DNA of 64,000 nt from an uncultured archaeon (GCA_964486045.1 CAZALK010000018.1:30089-94088); one strand, 5' to 3'. Shown: positions 1 to 11,094, counted from the stretch's first letter. Made by a program: numbers and translations. The notes: generated from the letters alone by a model not told the origin.

Positions 1-255
1 AAACAATAGGATTGCACCTCGAGCACCCATAACAAAACTATCAAGAAGATGCCGAAATCGTTGTTGTCCTCCTAGATCCCATAGTTGTAGAGAGCATTGT
101 ATATCATCAAATAAAATTTCTTTAGTGAAAAAATCTACTCCAACAGTCATAACACTGGACTCATCGAACATCCCATCTACATATCGACGTAGTAAACTCG
201 TTTTTCCTACCGTTGCATTTCCAGTTACTAAAATTTTAAATATATAGTTTCGCAA
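1..255 (-). CDS. Rab/Ras-like small GTPase, N-terminal part (runs off the window edge)
   Basis: Manual translation from TTG at 255: MRNYIFKILVTGNATVGKTSLLRRYVDGMFDESSVMTVGVDFFTKEILFDDIQCSLQLWDLGGQQRFRHLLDSFVMGARGAILLF. Contains G1 GxxxVGKT, G2 TVG and G3 WDLGGQ. Not in the ORF track. Confidence 0.93.
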   Translation of the reverse strand, partial: MRNYIFKILVTGNATVGKTSLLRRYVDGMFDESSVMTVGVDFFTKEILFDDIQCSLQLWDLGGQQRFRHLLDSFVMGARGAILLF

Positions 256-457
256 AATTTAATCTTTTTAATTATGGATGGGTATAATAAGGTAGAATTA
301 ATACAATTATTTATTTTAATTGACACTAAACAAGATTTTTCTTTTTTTATTACTTTTAATCTGCAATATTGTCTAAATTCTTATCACCCAAATATTATAC
401 TATTTTGTAAAATCTTGAGGTATAAGTCTAGATATAAAAAAATTCCTAAACAAATTC

Positions 458-3400
458 ATGTTAAGACAAGAATACTTTCAGATTCCAATTAAGGCGTTAA
501 ATGATTATGCAAAACGGATTGAAAGAAATTATATTAGTAAAACTGCGTCAGAAATTACATACTATGATGATTTAAGAAGATTTTTAGAGCAAATATTCCC
601 GGTTAATAAGGGATATTTAGTTCAATCAGGATATAAGATAAAGAGTTCATCTAATCGTCCAGATCTTACAGTATTATTCAAAAATATTGTACTTTTCCAT
701 ATCGAGGCTAAACTTCCGAACACTCCTCTTGAAAATATTGTAAAATTCGACCCGACTAACAGATTGAATGATCAAATCTTACGGTACAGAAGAGAAGGCG
801 TACAATTACTAATTACCGATTTTAAAATTTTTTTATTGATTGATCCAAATACACCAAATACACCAGAAATTAAACAGAAAATAAAATTTGAATGTATCTT
901 ATTGGAAGAAATAAAAGCAAAATTTAAACCTGCGAAAAATGCCTTACCTAACTTAAAAAGGTTGTTAAATTATACTTGTGAAGAACATCTTCAAACTATC
1001 TCTAATATAAAGAACCTTATTAATCCATTAGCAGATATCGCTAAAATTATTAGAGATAAAGCAATTAAAATTTTGAAGAAATCACAAACAAACAATATTA
1101 GTAAAACTGAAAAAGTAGCTGCTAAATATTTAAAAGAAATTCGAGATGATTTTAAGAAATCAATTTTTAAGGAAGAGTCAGAAGATGAAAACTCCTTATT
1201 TTCAGATCTTTTTGCTCAAACATTAGTATATGGTGCTTTTTCAGCCTGGATGAAATTCAGCCAAAATTACTCAAGTAAACCAAAATTTACATTACAATTG
1301 GTTGGTGAATATCTTCCGTATGGTAGTTTCATCCGAGACTTATTTTTAACCTTAAAAAGCAAAATTCCTTCAGAATTTAAAATGATTTTAAGTGAATTAG
1401 AAGTACGTTTTCAAAAAACAGAATATAAGGGTTTGGTTAATACAGAATCTATAATTACTACCTTTTACAGTGATTTTCTAAACCTATACGATCCACTAAC
1501 GGCGAAAAATAGAGGTGTAGTTTATACTCCTCATGAAATTGTTGATTTTATAATTCAAGGAATAGATTTTATGCTAAAGAGGTGGTTGGATAAACCTCAA
1601 GGTTTGATTTCTGAAGATAATTTAGAATTAGAAGACAATAACTCCTTATTGAAAATTAAGCAAACTCAACTTACTGAATTTCATCCTAAGGCTGGCGTTA
1701 AAGCAATTAAACGTCTGAGGATCCTTGATCCTGCGGCAGGTACAATGGCGTTTGCGTCTGGTCTCTTAAATTTTGCTCAAGAAGAATTTCAGAAAAAATT
1801 TTCACAAGTTTCATTAGCTCAAGGTGCTTTTCAAAAATGGGTTAAAGAGACGTTTTTTAATAATGTATATGCATTTGAAATTCTTATGGCTCCCTACGTT
1901 CTTGGACATATAAGAACATTTTTAAGTCTTGATAATTTAGGTTTGGCTTTAAATTCTGAAGAGTTTCATTTAAAATCATATTTAATGAACACATTAATGA
2001 CACCACCTAAAGATAGAAAAATTGAAGAATGGATTTTTAATAATATTGATATTGGACGTGAGATTAAAGAAGCACTTCAAATTAGAGATAAAAAAGATAT
2101 ATTTGTAATTATGGGTAATCCCCCTTATAATATAAGTAGTCAAAATAATTGTGAATGGATAAATGAAAAAATTAATGATTACAAAATTGGATTGGAAGAA
2201 AAGAACCTTAAAATTCTTTCAGATGATTATGTTAAATTCATTCGGTTTGGACAATGGAAAATTGAGCAAGTAGGTACAGGAATATTAGCCTTTATCACAA
2301 ATAGTCGATATCTGGACGGCCAAATGTTCTCAATTATGCGCAAATCCTTGAGAAAAACATTTGATTATATCTATATCGTAAATTTACATGGAGATATGAG
2401 GAAAAAGGAATCTGGGAACCCCTTTAATATACGCGTTGGAGTTGCTATAGCATTTATGGTGAGATTGGATAATAATCCAAATAAAAATGCTGCAATATTC
2501 TATATGGATGTTCCGAATGATACTCGAGAGGAGAAATTTGAAATCTTAAATCAAGGATTTAATGAAGAAAAATTTCTGGTATTACCCGAAACTACTAAGA
2601 ATTACTATATTAAAATTGATACAACCTATATGGATCGATTTGAACAATTGATTTCTCTAGAAAAGTTGTTTATATCCAAACCTTCAAGTGGTATAATGAT
2701 TGGTAGAGATAGATTATTAGTGGATGTAGATAAAGAAGTTTTAACAAGAAATTTAACCCGATTTTTCAATAAAAAATACGAGGAATTGAATGATCTCAAC
2801 ATTAAAGTTAATGATACAAAGACGTGGAAGAAATCAAAAGTATTCAATGGGACTAACCTAGAAAAATCAATAAAAGAAATAAAAAAAATTAAGTACCGTG
2901 GTTGGGATTTCAGATACCTAGCTTATGATAGAGCACTAGTAGAAGGTCACAGGATGGGGTATATTGATCAGATTTCTAAATCAAATCCCGCTATAACAGT
3001 TACAAAGTCCTCAAGGAAAAAAAAATTTGAAACTGCCTTTATAGTAGATGGAATTTTAGAGAAATGTTTTATGGCAGTAACAGACACATCCTATGCATTT
3101 CCGTTATACTTAAATGATAAAATCAATATAATAATCCCCAAATTACCATATAAAGCAAATCAAGAACAAATTTTCTATTATTGTTATGGAATATTATATT
3201 CTCCTACATACAGGAATAGATATGATGAACTTCTAAGGAAAGAATATCCAAGAATACCATTTACTACGGAGTCAAAAATATTTAAAAACATGTCAGATAT
3301 TGGTAAAAAATTGGCCGATGTCCATCTAATGAGGCACGATATTAGTTTTCGTTTAGAATTGGCGGAATTAAATCCCGAAGATTGGATTATAAATAATTTT

Positions 3401-3715
3401 ATTTTCAAACCAGACGAAGAAACCTTATATTTTGATAATATCTTAAAAGATAAGGAAAAATCCACTATTGAGATTGCTTGGATAAGAGGAATTACCCCAG
3501 AAATTTGGAATTTCTCAATTGGATCTATAAAACAAATTGAGCAATTCTTAAAATCTCGAAAATATAATTCATTTCAAAAATATAATACTCTTCAGAGAGG
3601 TTTAAATCATAAAGAATTAGTTTATCTTTTGAAAATGGTAACTGCTATTGAAAAAACTATTGAATTGCTCCCTCAAATAGATCATATTTATAACCAAATT
3701 GACATTCTTAGTTAA
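458..3715 (+). CDS. Type IIG / type ISP-like restriction-modification enzyme (N6-adenine DNA methyltransferase with N-terminal PD-(D/E)xK nuclease)
   Basis: RPD...IEAK nuclease motif; GVVYTP; motif I LDPAAGT; motif IV GNPPY; C-terminal YRGWD...YGILYSPTYRNRY...PRIP region typical of ISP/IIG specificity domains. Confidence 0.85.
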   Translation: MLRQEYFQIPIKALNDYAKRIERNYISKTASEITYYDDLRRFLEQIFPVNKGYLVQSGYKIKSSSNRPDLTVLFKNIVLFHIEAKLPNTPLENIVKFDPTNRLNDQILRYRREGVQLLITDFKIFLLIDPNTPNTPEIKQKIKFECILLEEIKAKFKPAKNALPNLKRLLNYTCEEHLQTISNIKNLINPLADIAKIIRDKAIKILKKSQTNNISKTEKVAAKYLKEIRDDFKKSIFKEESEDENSLFSDLFAQTLVYGAFSAWMKFSQNYSSKPKFTLQLVGEYLPYGSFIRDLFLTLKSKIPSEFKMILSELEVRFQKTEYKGLVNTESIITTFYSDFLNLYDPLTAKNRGVVYTPHEIVDFIIQGIDFMLKRWLDKPQGLISEDNLELEDNNSLLKIKQTQLTEFHPKAGVKAIKRLRILDPAAGTMAFASGLLNFAQEEFQKKFSQVSLAQGAFQKWVKETFFNNVYAFEILMAPYVLGHIRTFLSLDNLGLALNSEEFHLKSYLMNTLMTPPKDRKIEEWIFNNIDIGREIKEALQIRDKKDIFVIMGNPPYNISSQNNCEWINEKINDYKIGLEEKNLKILSDDYVKFIRFGQWKIEQVGTGILAFITNSRYLDGQMFSIMRKSLRKTFDYIYIVNLHGDMRKKESGNPFNIRVGVAIAFMVRLDNNPNKNAAIFYMDVPNDTREEKFEILNQGFNEEKFLVLPETTKNYYIKIDTTYMDRFEQLISLEKLFISKPSSGIMIGRDRLLVDVDKEVLTRNLTRFFNKKYEELNDLNIKVNDTKTWKKSKVFNGTNLEKSIKEIKKIKYRGWDFRYLAYDRALVEGHRMGYIDQISKSNPAITVTKSSRKKKFETAFIVDGILEKCFMAVTDTSYAFPLYLNDKINIIIPKLPYKANQEQIFYYCYGILYSPTYRNRYDELLRKEYPRIPFTTESKIFKNMSDIGKKLADVHLMRHDISFRLELAELNPEDWIINNFIFKPDEETLYFDNILKDKEKSTIEIAWIRGITPEIWNFSIGSIKQIEQFLKSRKYNSFQKYNTLQRGLNHKELVYLLKMVTAIEKTIELLPQIDHIYNQIDILS

Positions 3716-3829
3716 AGATTTGAACCTCTTCTTCCCATTTATTTAATAAAATCAATTACTTAATATTTAAATATTAATTAAATACATCAATATTATTATT
3801 AAGTTATAATCTGATTAAAATTAGTTAAC

Positions 3830-4441
3830 TTGACTTCTGAAGAAATCAAGATTTCAAAAACTCTTGAGAATGGAATCGAATTCTCATGTCAAATGTGTGG
3901 TGATTGTTGTAAAGGATTCAATGAAGGTGAAGTCTATTTATATGAAGAAGATATCCTTCGATTAGCAAAACACTTAAATATGGTTGACAAAGAAGGACTT
4001 AAGAAATTTGCAAAAAAATATGTCAAAGTAATTAATGATACTTTTTTCTGGAGGGAGACTGGAGCTAGTAGGGGAAAGACTTATAAGTTTAAGACTTTAT
4101 CGTTTGTTTTCACTGGAAATGATGAACATTGTCATTTTTTAGATGATAATAATCATTGTACCGTCCATACAGCTCGTCCATTCCAATGTCGCTGTTTTCC
4201 TTTTTGGAAGATGATGGTTACTAGCAGAAAAAATGTTATAGAATATGCTAAAAAATGTCCAGGTTTACAGGCATCTCTTAAGGGGCAAGGTAAATATTAT
4301 AATCCTCAAGAAATACAAAAATGGGCTAGAGCAGAATATGAAATGGAACAAAAATATTTTTTGAAAGTAAAAGAAAATAATTTTAATATCTTGAAAGTCT
4401 ATCCCTTTCTACCAGAAGAAAAGCTTAAAGATGTCAAATAG
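3830..4441 (+). CDS. YkgJ-family cysteine-cluster (Fe-S/Zn) protein
   Basis: CQMCGDCC ... CHFLDDNNHCTVHTARPFQCRCFPF ... CPG. Confidence 0.85.
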   Translation: MTSEEIKISKTLENGIEFSCQMCGDCCKGFNEGEVYLYEEDILRLAKHLNMVDKEGLKKFAKKYVKVINDTFFWRETGASRGKTYKFKTLSFVFTGNDEHCHFLDDNNHCTVHTARPFQCRCFPFWKMMVTSRKNVIEYAKKCPGLQASLKGQGKYYNPQEIQKWARAEYEMEQKYFLKVKENNFNILKVYPFLPEEKLKDVK

Positions 4442-4590
4442 CTGTATCGTTTGAGCGATATAATAGAATTTTATAATATAAAGAAGAAATAATAATATCT
4501 TTTACTAATTATTAGGAATAATTAATAAAAGCTTAACTCTATATTAACCATAGAACTGCGAAAAATTACATACATATAAGTGGTATTAAA

Positions 4591-6984
4591 TTGAAAATTG
4601 GTCTATTTATTTGCGATTGTGGTAAGAACATAAGTGGAACAATTGACAATGAGTATTTAATTAACTATTTCAGCAAAATACCTGAAATTCATGTTATCGG
4701 AGATCAATATCTATGTTCTGAATCAGGCCTAAATAAAATTATTGATGAGATAAAATCGGAAAAGATAGATCGAGTAGTAATAGCTGCTTGTTCTTTTAAA
4801 TTGCATGGTTTACTCTTCCGAAAAACTATTGAAAAGGCAGGAATTAATCAATTCTTAATATCTTTTGCCAATATCAGAGAACAAAATTCCTGGGTTCATT
4901 TTACTCAACCCGAGAAGGCTACAAGGAAAGCTGTTGATCAAATAAAAATGGCCATAGAACAACTTAAACTATTAATACCTTTAGATGTTCAATATTCTAA
5001 CATCATTCCATCTACTTTAGTGATTGGGGGAGGGATAGCCGGAATCAAAGCTGCGTTAGTAATAGCAGAATCAGGATATAAAGTCTATTTGGTAGAAAAA
5101 AATCCCACAATTGGAGGTCACATGGCACTATTTGATAAAACCTTTCCCACTTTAGATTGCTCAATTTGTATCTTAGGCCCGTTGATGACAGAAGTAAAGG
5201 ATCATCCTAACATTGAGCTCATAACTTATTCAACTGTTGAGAAAGTTGAAGGATATATTGGTAATTTTGAAGTTTTGATTACAAAAAAACCACGTTTTAT
5301 CAAAGAAGATGTATGTGTTGGTTGTGTTGATATCTGTCGAGATGTATGCCCAATTGACATTGAAGAGACTTTTTTTCCTCGGAAAGCTATTGATATAACT
5401 TACCCTCAGGCAATACCTTTACTCCCTAACATTCTCGAAGAGTATTGCATCGGTTGTAAGGTTTGTCAGCAAGCATGTGGAGAAAGAGATGCTATAGATT
5501 TCGATCAGGAACCTGAAAATTTGAATATAAAGGTTGGCTCAATTATAGTTGCAACAGGTTTGAAAACGTTTGATCCTTCCTTCCTTGGTGAATATGGTTA
5601 TATTAAAAATCCAGATGTCATAACTACAATGGAAATGGAAAGATTACTAAATAACGATGGTCCTACTCATGGAAAAATAATTAAACCGTCAAGCGGTACA
5701 AAACCTAAAAAAATTTCATTTATTTTGTGTGTAGGTTCTCGGAATAAACAAATTAATCGAGAGTATTGCAGTCAGGTTTGCTGCAATGCGTCGATTAAAC
5801 AAGCTGTAATAATTAAAAAAGAAAATCCCGAAATTGAGATCAGTATTTACTATAATGATATTAGAGCTGTCGGGAAAAATTGTGAAGAATTTTATAATAG
5901 AGCTAGAGAAACTTTTGGTATAAGATTTATAAAGAGTAGTATCTCTGCTGTGTTAAAAAGTGATATTTCAGAACAATTATTAATTCGGGGAGAAGATGTT
6001 ATTGAAAATAGGGTTTTTGAGAATAAAACTGATTTAGTAGTACTAGCTGTCGGTATTGAACCCGCAGAAGGGACAAATGAATTGAGTAGGGTTTTAAATA
6101 TCTCTCTAGATCCTTATGGGTTTCTTTTAGAAAAACATTTAAAAGTACGACCATCTGAAACTACGTTAAATGGAATTTTTTTAGCCGGTGCTATACAAGG
6201 TCCAAAAGATATTCCCTCAAGCATTGCCCAATCGGAAAGTGCAGCTTCTAAAGTTATTTCTCTGATAGCAAAGGGGAAAGTTGAGTTAGATCCTCACATC
6301 ATCTACTTCAATAAAGAGAAATGTGACTTATGTCGATTATGTCTTGATTCTTGTGTATATAATGCGTTAAAAATCGATGAAGATCAACTGAAAATAACAG
6401 AAGAAAATTGTTCTGGGTGTGGAGCCTGCGCTGCTATGTGCCATTCTGATGCATTGTATATACCAGGGTTTACAAAAGCTCAGCTATCTGCTCAAATTCA
6501 ATCGCTATTAAAACAAAAAAGCGAATCACCTTTAATTATAGCATTTTTATGTAATTGGTGCTCCTATGTTGGTGCCGATCTCGCAGGAACAAGCAAATTA
6601 AATTATCCAACAAGTATCAGAATAATTCACGTTATGTGTACAGCAATGCTCAACCCTTCTTTAGTCTTTGAAAGCTTCTTTTACGGTGTTGATGGTGTGT
6701 TAATTGCCGGATGTTATCCCCAAGACTGTCATTATAAAGAAGGATTTATTAAAGCAACCTCTCGATACGAAAGCATAAAAGAGATCCTGATCGAAACCGG
6801 GATTAATGAGAATCGGGTTAAAATTATCAGTATAGATGCGGGTGAGGGGGAAAAATTTGCCAATGTAATAAAGGAATTTAAAGAAAGCTTAGAAAAATTA
6901 GGTCCTATTCGCCCTAATGAGTATACAAAATCCCTTTCAACTAAGAAAAAAGAAAAATCTAAAGAAAAGGTTAAGCAAAATTAG
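4591..6984 (+). CDS. hdrA: Heterodisulfide reductase subunit A fused to C-terminal MvhD (hydrogenase delta) domain
   Basis: CDCG N-terminus; AACS; ANIREQNSWVH; GGGIAG FAD motif; KTFPTLDCSICIL; CVGSR/YCSQVCC; ferredoxin motifs; C-terminal FLCNWCSYVGADLAG...GCYPQDCHY (MvhD). Confidence 0.93.
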   Translation: MKIGLFICDCGKNISGTIDNEYLINYFSKIPEIHVIGDQYLCSESGLNKIIDEIKSEKIDRVVIAACSFKLHGLLFRKTIEKAGINQFLISFANIREQNSWVHFTQPEKATRKAVDQIKMAIEQLKLLIPLDVQYSNIIPSTLVIGGGIAGIKAALVIAESGYKVYLVEKNPTIGGHMALFDKTFPTLDCSICILGPLMTEVKDHPNIELITYSTVEKVEGYIGNFEVLITKKPRFIKEDVCVGCVDICRDVCPIDIEETFFPRKAIDITYPQAIPLLPNILEEYCIGCKVCQQACGERDAIDFDQEPENLNIKVGSIIVATGLKTFDPSFLGEYGYIKNPDVITTMEMERLLNNDGPTHGKIIKPSSGTKPKKISFILCVGSRNKQINREYCSQVCCNASIKQAVIIKKENPEIEISIYYNDIRAVGKNCEEFYNRARETFGIRFIKSSISAVLKSDISEQLLIRGEDVIENRVFENKTDLVVLAVGIEPAEGTNELSRVLNISLDPYGFLLEKHLKVRPSETTLNGIFLAGAIQGPKDIPSSIAQSESAASKVISLIAKGKVELDPHIIYFNKEKCDLCRLCLDSCVYNALKIDEDQLKITEENCSGCGACAAMCHSDALYIPGFTKAQLSAQIQSLLKQKSESPLIIAFLCNWCSYVGADLAGTSKLNYPTSIRIIHVMCTAMLNPSLVFESFFYGVDGVLIAGCYPQDCHYKEGFIKATSRYESIKEILIETGINENRVKIISIDAGEGEKFANVIKEFKESLEKLGPIRPNEYTKSLSTKKKEKSKEKVKQN

Positions 6985-7134
6985 ATGAAATTTAATTAAT
7001 TATTCAATTATAGATATAAATAGAATTAACTTAAATTTCATAGTGTACAAAAATTAAGTTTTACTCTATATTCCTAACATTAATCCAATTAATGGAATAA
7101 TTGTAATACCACCAATTTTAAGTGTGAGTCAAAT

Positions 7135-8421
7135 ATGAGGGTAAGAGCCATTACGATTGGGCAAATAGTGCCTTTTTTGTACAAGAATGAATCGATCTTA
7201 TCGTTTATGCAAGAAAATCTTGAGAATTTTTCGAATCTAAATAAGGAATTAATTAAAGAATTTGAAGAAATTGGTTATCCCGTTCAAAGTAAACGATTTT
7301 GCTCCCAACCTCTTTTCAGTTATGACAATAGATTGTTTTATGAAAAAAATCTGAAAGATACTCTAGTAGAAATAGAGAGTCAATTAAAATTTTTACAAGA
7401 AATGTTTAAAGATTATGATTTTGATTATTTTGCCTGTGCTATGATGCTGGCGAACAAAATTCAAGAATTAGGAATTTTTGAGAAGTTACTGCTGGAACAA
7501 GTTCCTCAATTCATAAAAAACACCGATATATTTTTTACTTCTTTACAAGTAGCATCTACACGAGAAGGGATTAATATTTCTGCGTTAAAATCTGGTGCCA
7601 AAATAATTAAAAAACTGTCTGACCCTGATCCATTTAATAATTTAAATTTTTGTGTGTCTGCTAACGTGGGTCCAAATTTTCCGTTCTTTCCAGCAGCTTA
7701 TCATTTTTCAGATAAACCCGCTTTTTCACTTGCTTTAGAAATGGCTGATGAGGTGGTAAGTGCCATTGAAAAATCAGATAGCTTGAAAGAAGCCCAATTT
7801 AATTTACTATCAAGATTTAATCAAATTTATGACGATACCACCAAAATTTGCGAAAAAATTGGTCGAAACTTTAATGTTGAATTTAAAGGTATAGATTTTT
7901 CACCAGCGCCCTTTCCAGAGGTAGATAAAAGTATTGGAACGGCAATTGAAAAGCTGGGAATTGAATATTTTGGAGCCAATGGGACTTTAACAGGAGTTGC
8001 GTTGATAAAAAATGCAATGCCTATTAACAAAGAGAAGGTTATTGGATTTTCTGGATTTTTTCAACCTGTATTAGAAGATTATATATTATCTAAAAGATTA
8101 TCTGAGGATAAGTTCAATCTAGATTCGCTACTTTTATATTCTACTATGTGTGGTGCGGGACTTGACGTTATTCCATTACCAGGAGATATAACAGAACGAG
8201 AATTATTTTACATTTTATTAGATATGTGTACAATATCGGTAAGATTAAAAAAACCGTTAACTTGTAGGTTAATGCCAATACCAGGAAGAAGTGCGGGTGA
8301 CAAGGTTGAGTTTGATTTTGAATATTTCGCATCATCAAAGGTAATCAATTTTAGAAGGCTAACTGGTGAGAATAAGAATGATCTCTTTAACAGAAATGAG
8401 AAGTTTCTCAAATTTCTGTAA
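7135..8421 (+). CDS. DUF711 family protein
   Basis: MRVRAITIG N-terminus; PFFPAAYH; GIDFSPAP; GFSGFFQPVLED; STMCGAGLDVIPLPGD. Confidence 0.85.
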   Translation: MRVRAITIGQIVPFLYKNESILSFMQENLENFSNLNKELIKEFEEIGYPVQSKRFCSQPLFSYDNRLFYEKNLKDTLVEIESQLKFLQEMFKDYDFDYFACAMMLANKIQELGIFEKLLLEQVPQFIKNTDIFFTSLQVASTREGINISALKSGAKIIKKLSDPDPFNNLNFCVSANVGPNFPFFPAAYHFSDKPAFSLALEMADEVVSAIEKSDSLKEAQFNLLSRFNQIYDDTTKICEKIGRNFNVEFKGIDFSPAPFPEVDKSIGTAIEKLGIEYFGANGTLTGVALIKNAMPINKEKVIGFSGFFQPVLEDYILSKRLSEDKFNLDSLLLYSTMCGAGLDVIPLPGDITERELFYILLDMCTISVRLKKPLTCRLMPIPGRSAGDKVEFDFEYFASSKVINFRRLTGENKNDLFNRNEKFLKFL

Positions 8422-8489
8422 TAAGATTTTTTTAGATGAATTGAATACTTATTTTTTAAAGAGTTAAATTTATAATTGTACTGGAATTC

Positions 8490-8948
8490 TTGGTAACTAG
8501 AATGGAAGATAAGAGAGAAAAAAGCACTTTGTTGTTCTTTAATGAAGCTGAAGAATATTTTGATAAATTTGATAATCAAGATATTATAATGAATGAACCC
8601 GTGAGGGAAAACAGGTTTAATACTAACTTTTTAAGAAACACAATGTTAAATGAGTTAAACAATTTAAAAGAAATTATTGAAAATAATCCAGATTTAAAAA
8701 TAGAAGCATTATCAGAGGAAAATAAAGAGAAATTTCATAAATTTATTAACTATTATAAAAAATGCCCGATCTGTGGGGGTCCTAATCATTATTTCAACTT
8801 AAAACAATTGTTTTTTAACGAAAGTAAAAAAAACCTAATAAGGGATCTAATTCGGTTAATGAATGTTAAGGACAAGAAATTTAAAAGGTATAATCTCACT
8901 CTGGGAGTTCCCTGCTGTAATTGTTTTGAAAAGATAATCCAAGAATAA
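8490..8948 (+). CDS. Hypothetical zinc-binding protein
   Basis: CPICG and CCNC pairs; true start is probably ATG at 8502. Confidence 0.65.
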   Translation: MVTRMEDKREKSTLLFFNEAEEYFDKFDNQDIIMNEPVRENRFNTNFLRNTMLNELNNLKEIIENNPDLKIEALSEENKEKFHKFINYYKKCPICGGPNHYFNLKQLFFNESKKNLIRDLIRLMNVKDKKFKRYNLTLGVPCCNCFEKIIQE

Positions 8949-8965
8949 TAGAAAAAAATTAATTA

Positions 8966-9295
8966 CTATAGATAATCTACTACTTGTCCACTTTGAGTGA
9001 TTTCATAATAGATCTCATTTTCTTTAACAATTTTTTTAACACAAAAGGCTTTGATTAAGTAATCAATATTATAATCAAGCGAAGCTTCATCATTAACAAG
9101 ATCTCTGCCTTTCAAAATTTTAAATAGATCATTTTTTGAAATTCTTTTTGCTTTGTTTACAATAATTAAAATTTCACGTCTAATAGGATGATTTACAGCT
9201 TTTAAATACAGTGAGTGTAAATATTTTGATCCTTCAACAGTTTTGCCATAATCTTCCATACTTTCATAATTTTTAAAATCAAATTCATCAGGCAT
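8966..9295 (-). CDS. Winged-helix (ArsR-like) protein
   Basis: KAVNHPIRREIL ... LDYNIDYL ... YEITQSG. Confidence 0.75.
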   Translation of the reverse strand: MPDEFDFKNYESMEDYGKTVEGSKYLHSLYLKAVNHPIRREILIIVNKAKRISKNDLFKILKGRDLVNDEASLDYNIDYLIKAFCVKKIVKENEIYYEITQSGQVVDYL

Positions 9296-9418
9296 GCTTT
9301 TGAAATAGCTTCATAAAAAATAAATTTTATTTTAATAACTAGAATTTGTTTTAATTTTTATTAGGAGTTTTTAAATTTAGATTAAAAAATAAAGCGATTA
9401 GAAACACAAATTAATAAG

Positions 9419-9736
9419 ATGGATAAAATGGAAAAATCAAAAACAATTTCTTTAGAAAAACCAGCTCTCATAAATAATAATAAATTAAAGTTTAATCCTA
9501 ATAAAGAGAAAATGGGTCAAAAAATAGAAAATTTATGGGGTAACGGTAATTTTAATGGGAAAAAATCTAAGTTTGAGACCAAAAAATTATACGTGAAATT
9601 AGAAACATCAGGGAAAGAGAGAAGAAAAATTTCATTAAAACTTGAAATTAATAGCCCAAATGTCCATTCTAGTAATTACAATCTACTTTCTGAGCTTTTA
9701 AAAGAGTTTTTTAAGGTTGAGGATCGTAAACATTAA
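9419..9736 (+). CDS. Hypothetical protein
   Basis: 105-aa ORF filling the gap between genes; no recognisable motif. Confidence 0.5.
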   Translation: MDKMEKSKTISLEKPALINNNKLKFNPNKEKMGQKIENLWGNGNFNGKKSKFETKKLYVKLETSGKERRKISLKLEINSPNVHSSNYNLLSELLKEFFKVEDRKH

Positions 9737-9876
9737 GTAATTTCTTTTTTAAATCAACAATCACCATTCAATCCTGTTTTTATATTTTTAAAGAAAAATA
9801 GGTAGAGTTTTAAACCAAAATATTTTATGTTAGGACTCTTATTTTTTCATTAATTAGAAAATTTGATGAGAATAAA

Positions 9877-10938
9877 ATGGATTTTACAGAAATAAAAAAT
9901 CTTTTGGGTTCTGAAGCAGATAACCTATTAAATCACATATGTACCGGGATTCCGAAAGATAGCATACATGCACCGGGACCAGACTATATTGATAAAGTCT
10001 TTGAGCACACAGATAGAAATAATTTAGTCTTAAATAGTATGGGAAGATTATTCAATCAGACAGGAAGATTAGCTGGAACTGGATACCTTTCAATTTTACC
10101 TGTAGATCAAGGTATTGAACATAGCGCCTCAGCTAGCTTTGCAATCAATCCTTCATATTTCGATCCAGAGAATATAATTAAACTAGGTATAAATGGTGGA
10201 TGTAGTGCTGTTGTCTCCACTCTTGGGGTATTAGGGTCGGTTTCAAGACGCTACGCTCGTAAGATTCCATTAATTGTAAAAATTAACCATAATGAACTCC
10301 TTGCTACACCCAATATATCAGATCAGACTCTTTGGGCGGGTGTTGATCAAGCTTGGGATATGGGAGCGGTTGGGATTGGCGCAACAGTTTATTTTGGTGC
10401 ACCAAATTGTAGACGTCAAATTCAAGAAATAAGCGAAGCTTTTAAATATGCACATGAATTGGGGCTTGTATGCATTCTCTGGACCTATTTAAGAAATACT
10501 AAAGAATTTATTAAAGATGGAAAGGATTACCATACTGCAAATGATTTACAGAGCCAAGCAAATTATCTAGGAGTAACGATTGAAGCAGACATTATTAAAC
10601 AAAAGTTATCCACTACTAGTAGAGGATATCTTGACTTAAACTTTGGAAGAACCGATAAGCTGGTTTATAGTAAATTAGCGACAGACCACCCTATCGAGTG
10701 GAATAGATATCAAGTTGTTAACTGTTATATGGGAAGAATTGGGTTGATTAATTCTGGAGGTGCTTCCGGGGATAACGATATTGCGGATGCGGTGACTGCT
10801 GCTGTAATTAATAAACGTTCGGGAGGTATGGGATTAATTCTTGGTCGTAAGGCGTTTAAAAAACCAACACCCGAGGGTATAAAAATATTAAATGCAGTAC
10901 AAGACGTTTATTTATCTAAAGAGATTTCATTAGCTTGA
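9877..10938 (+). CDS. fbaB: Class I fructose-bisphosphate aldolase (DhnA/FbaB type)
   Basis: [14 protein letters not shown]; KINHNE; GATVYFG; ADIIKQK Schiff-base lysine; GLINSGG; GRKAF. Confidence 0.95.
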   Translation: MDFTEIKNLLGSEADNLLNHICTGIPKDSIHAPGPDYIDKVFEHTDRNNLVLNSMGRLFNQTGRLAGTGYLSILPVDQGIEHSASASFAINPSYFDPENIIKLGINGGCSAVVSTLGVLGSVSRRYARKIPLIVKINHNELLATPNISDQTLWAGVDQAWDMGAVGIGATVYFGAPNCRRQIQEISEAFKYAHELGLVCILWTYLRNTKEFIKDGKDYHTANDLQSQANYLGVTIEADIIKQKLSTTSRGYLDLNFGRTDKLVYSKLATDHPIEWNRYQVVNCYMGRIGLINSGGASGDNDIADAVTAAVINKRSGGMGLILGRKAFKKPTPEGIKILNAVQDVYLSKEISLA

Positions 10939-10951
10939 GAATTTAATTATC

Positions 10952-10970
10952 TTTTTTTCTTTTTTTTTTT
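10952..10970 (+). terminator. Oligo-T archaeal terminator after fbaB
   Basis: T7-C-T11 run about 14 nt after the stop codon. Confidence 0.5.
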
Positions 10971-11094
10971 CACTATTTGAAGACTTGATTTTTAAATTGG
11001 TTTCATAAATTGTAAGAAAAAAGATTGCTTAGAAAATTAAAATTAAAAGTGTATTTTTCATTATTCTTCTTAAAGAATAATTTTTCTTCATTAG

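Noticed and set aside
274-492. 72-aa ORF upstream of the RM gene
   Set aside because: AT-rich divergent promoter region, no motif, overlaps the RM gene start
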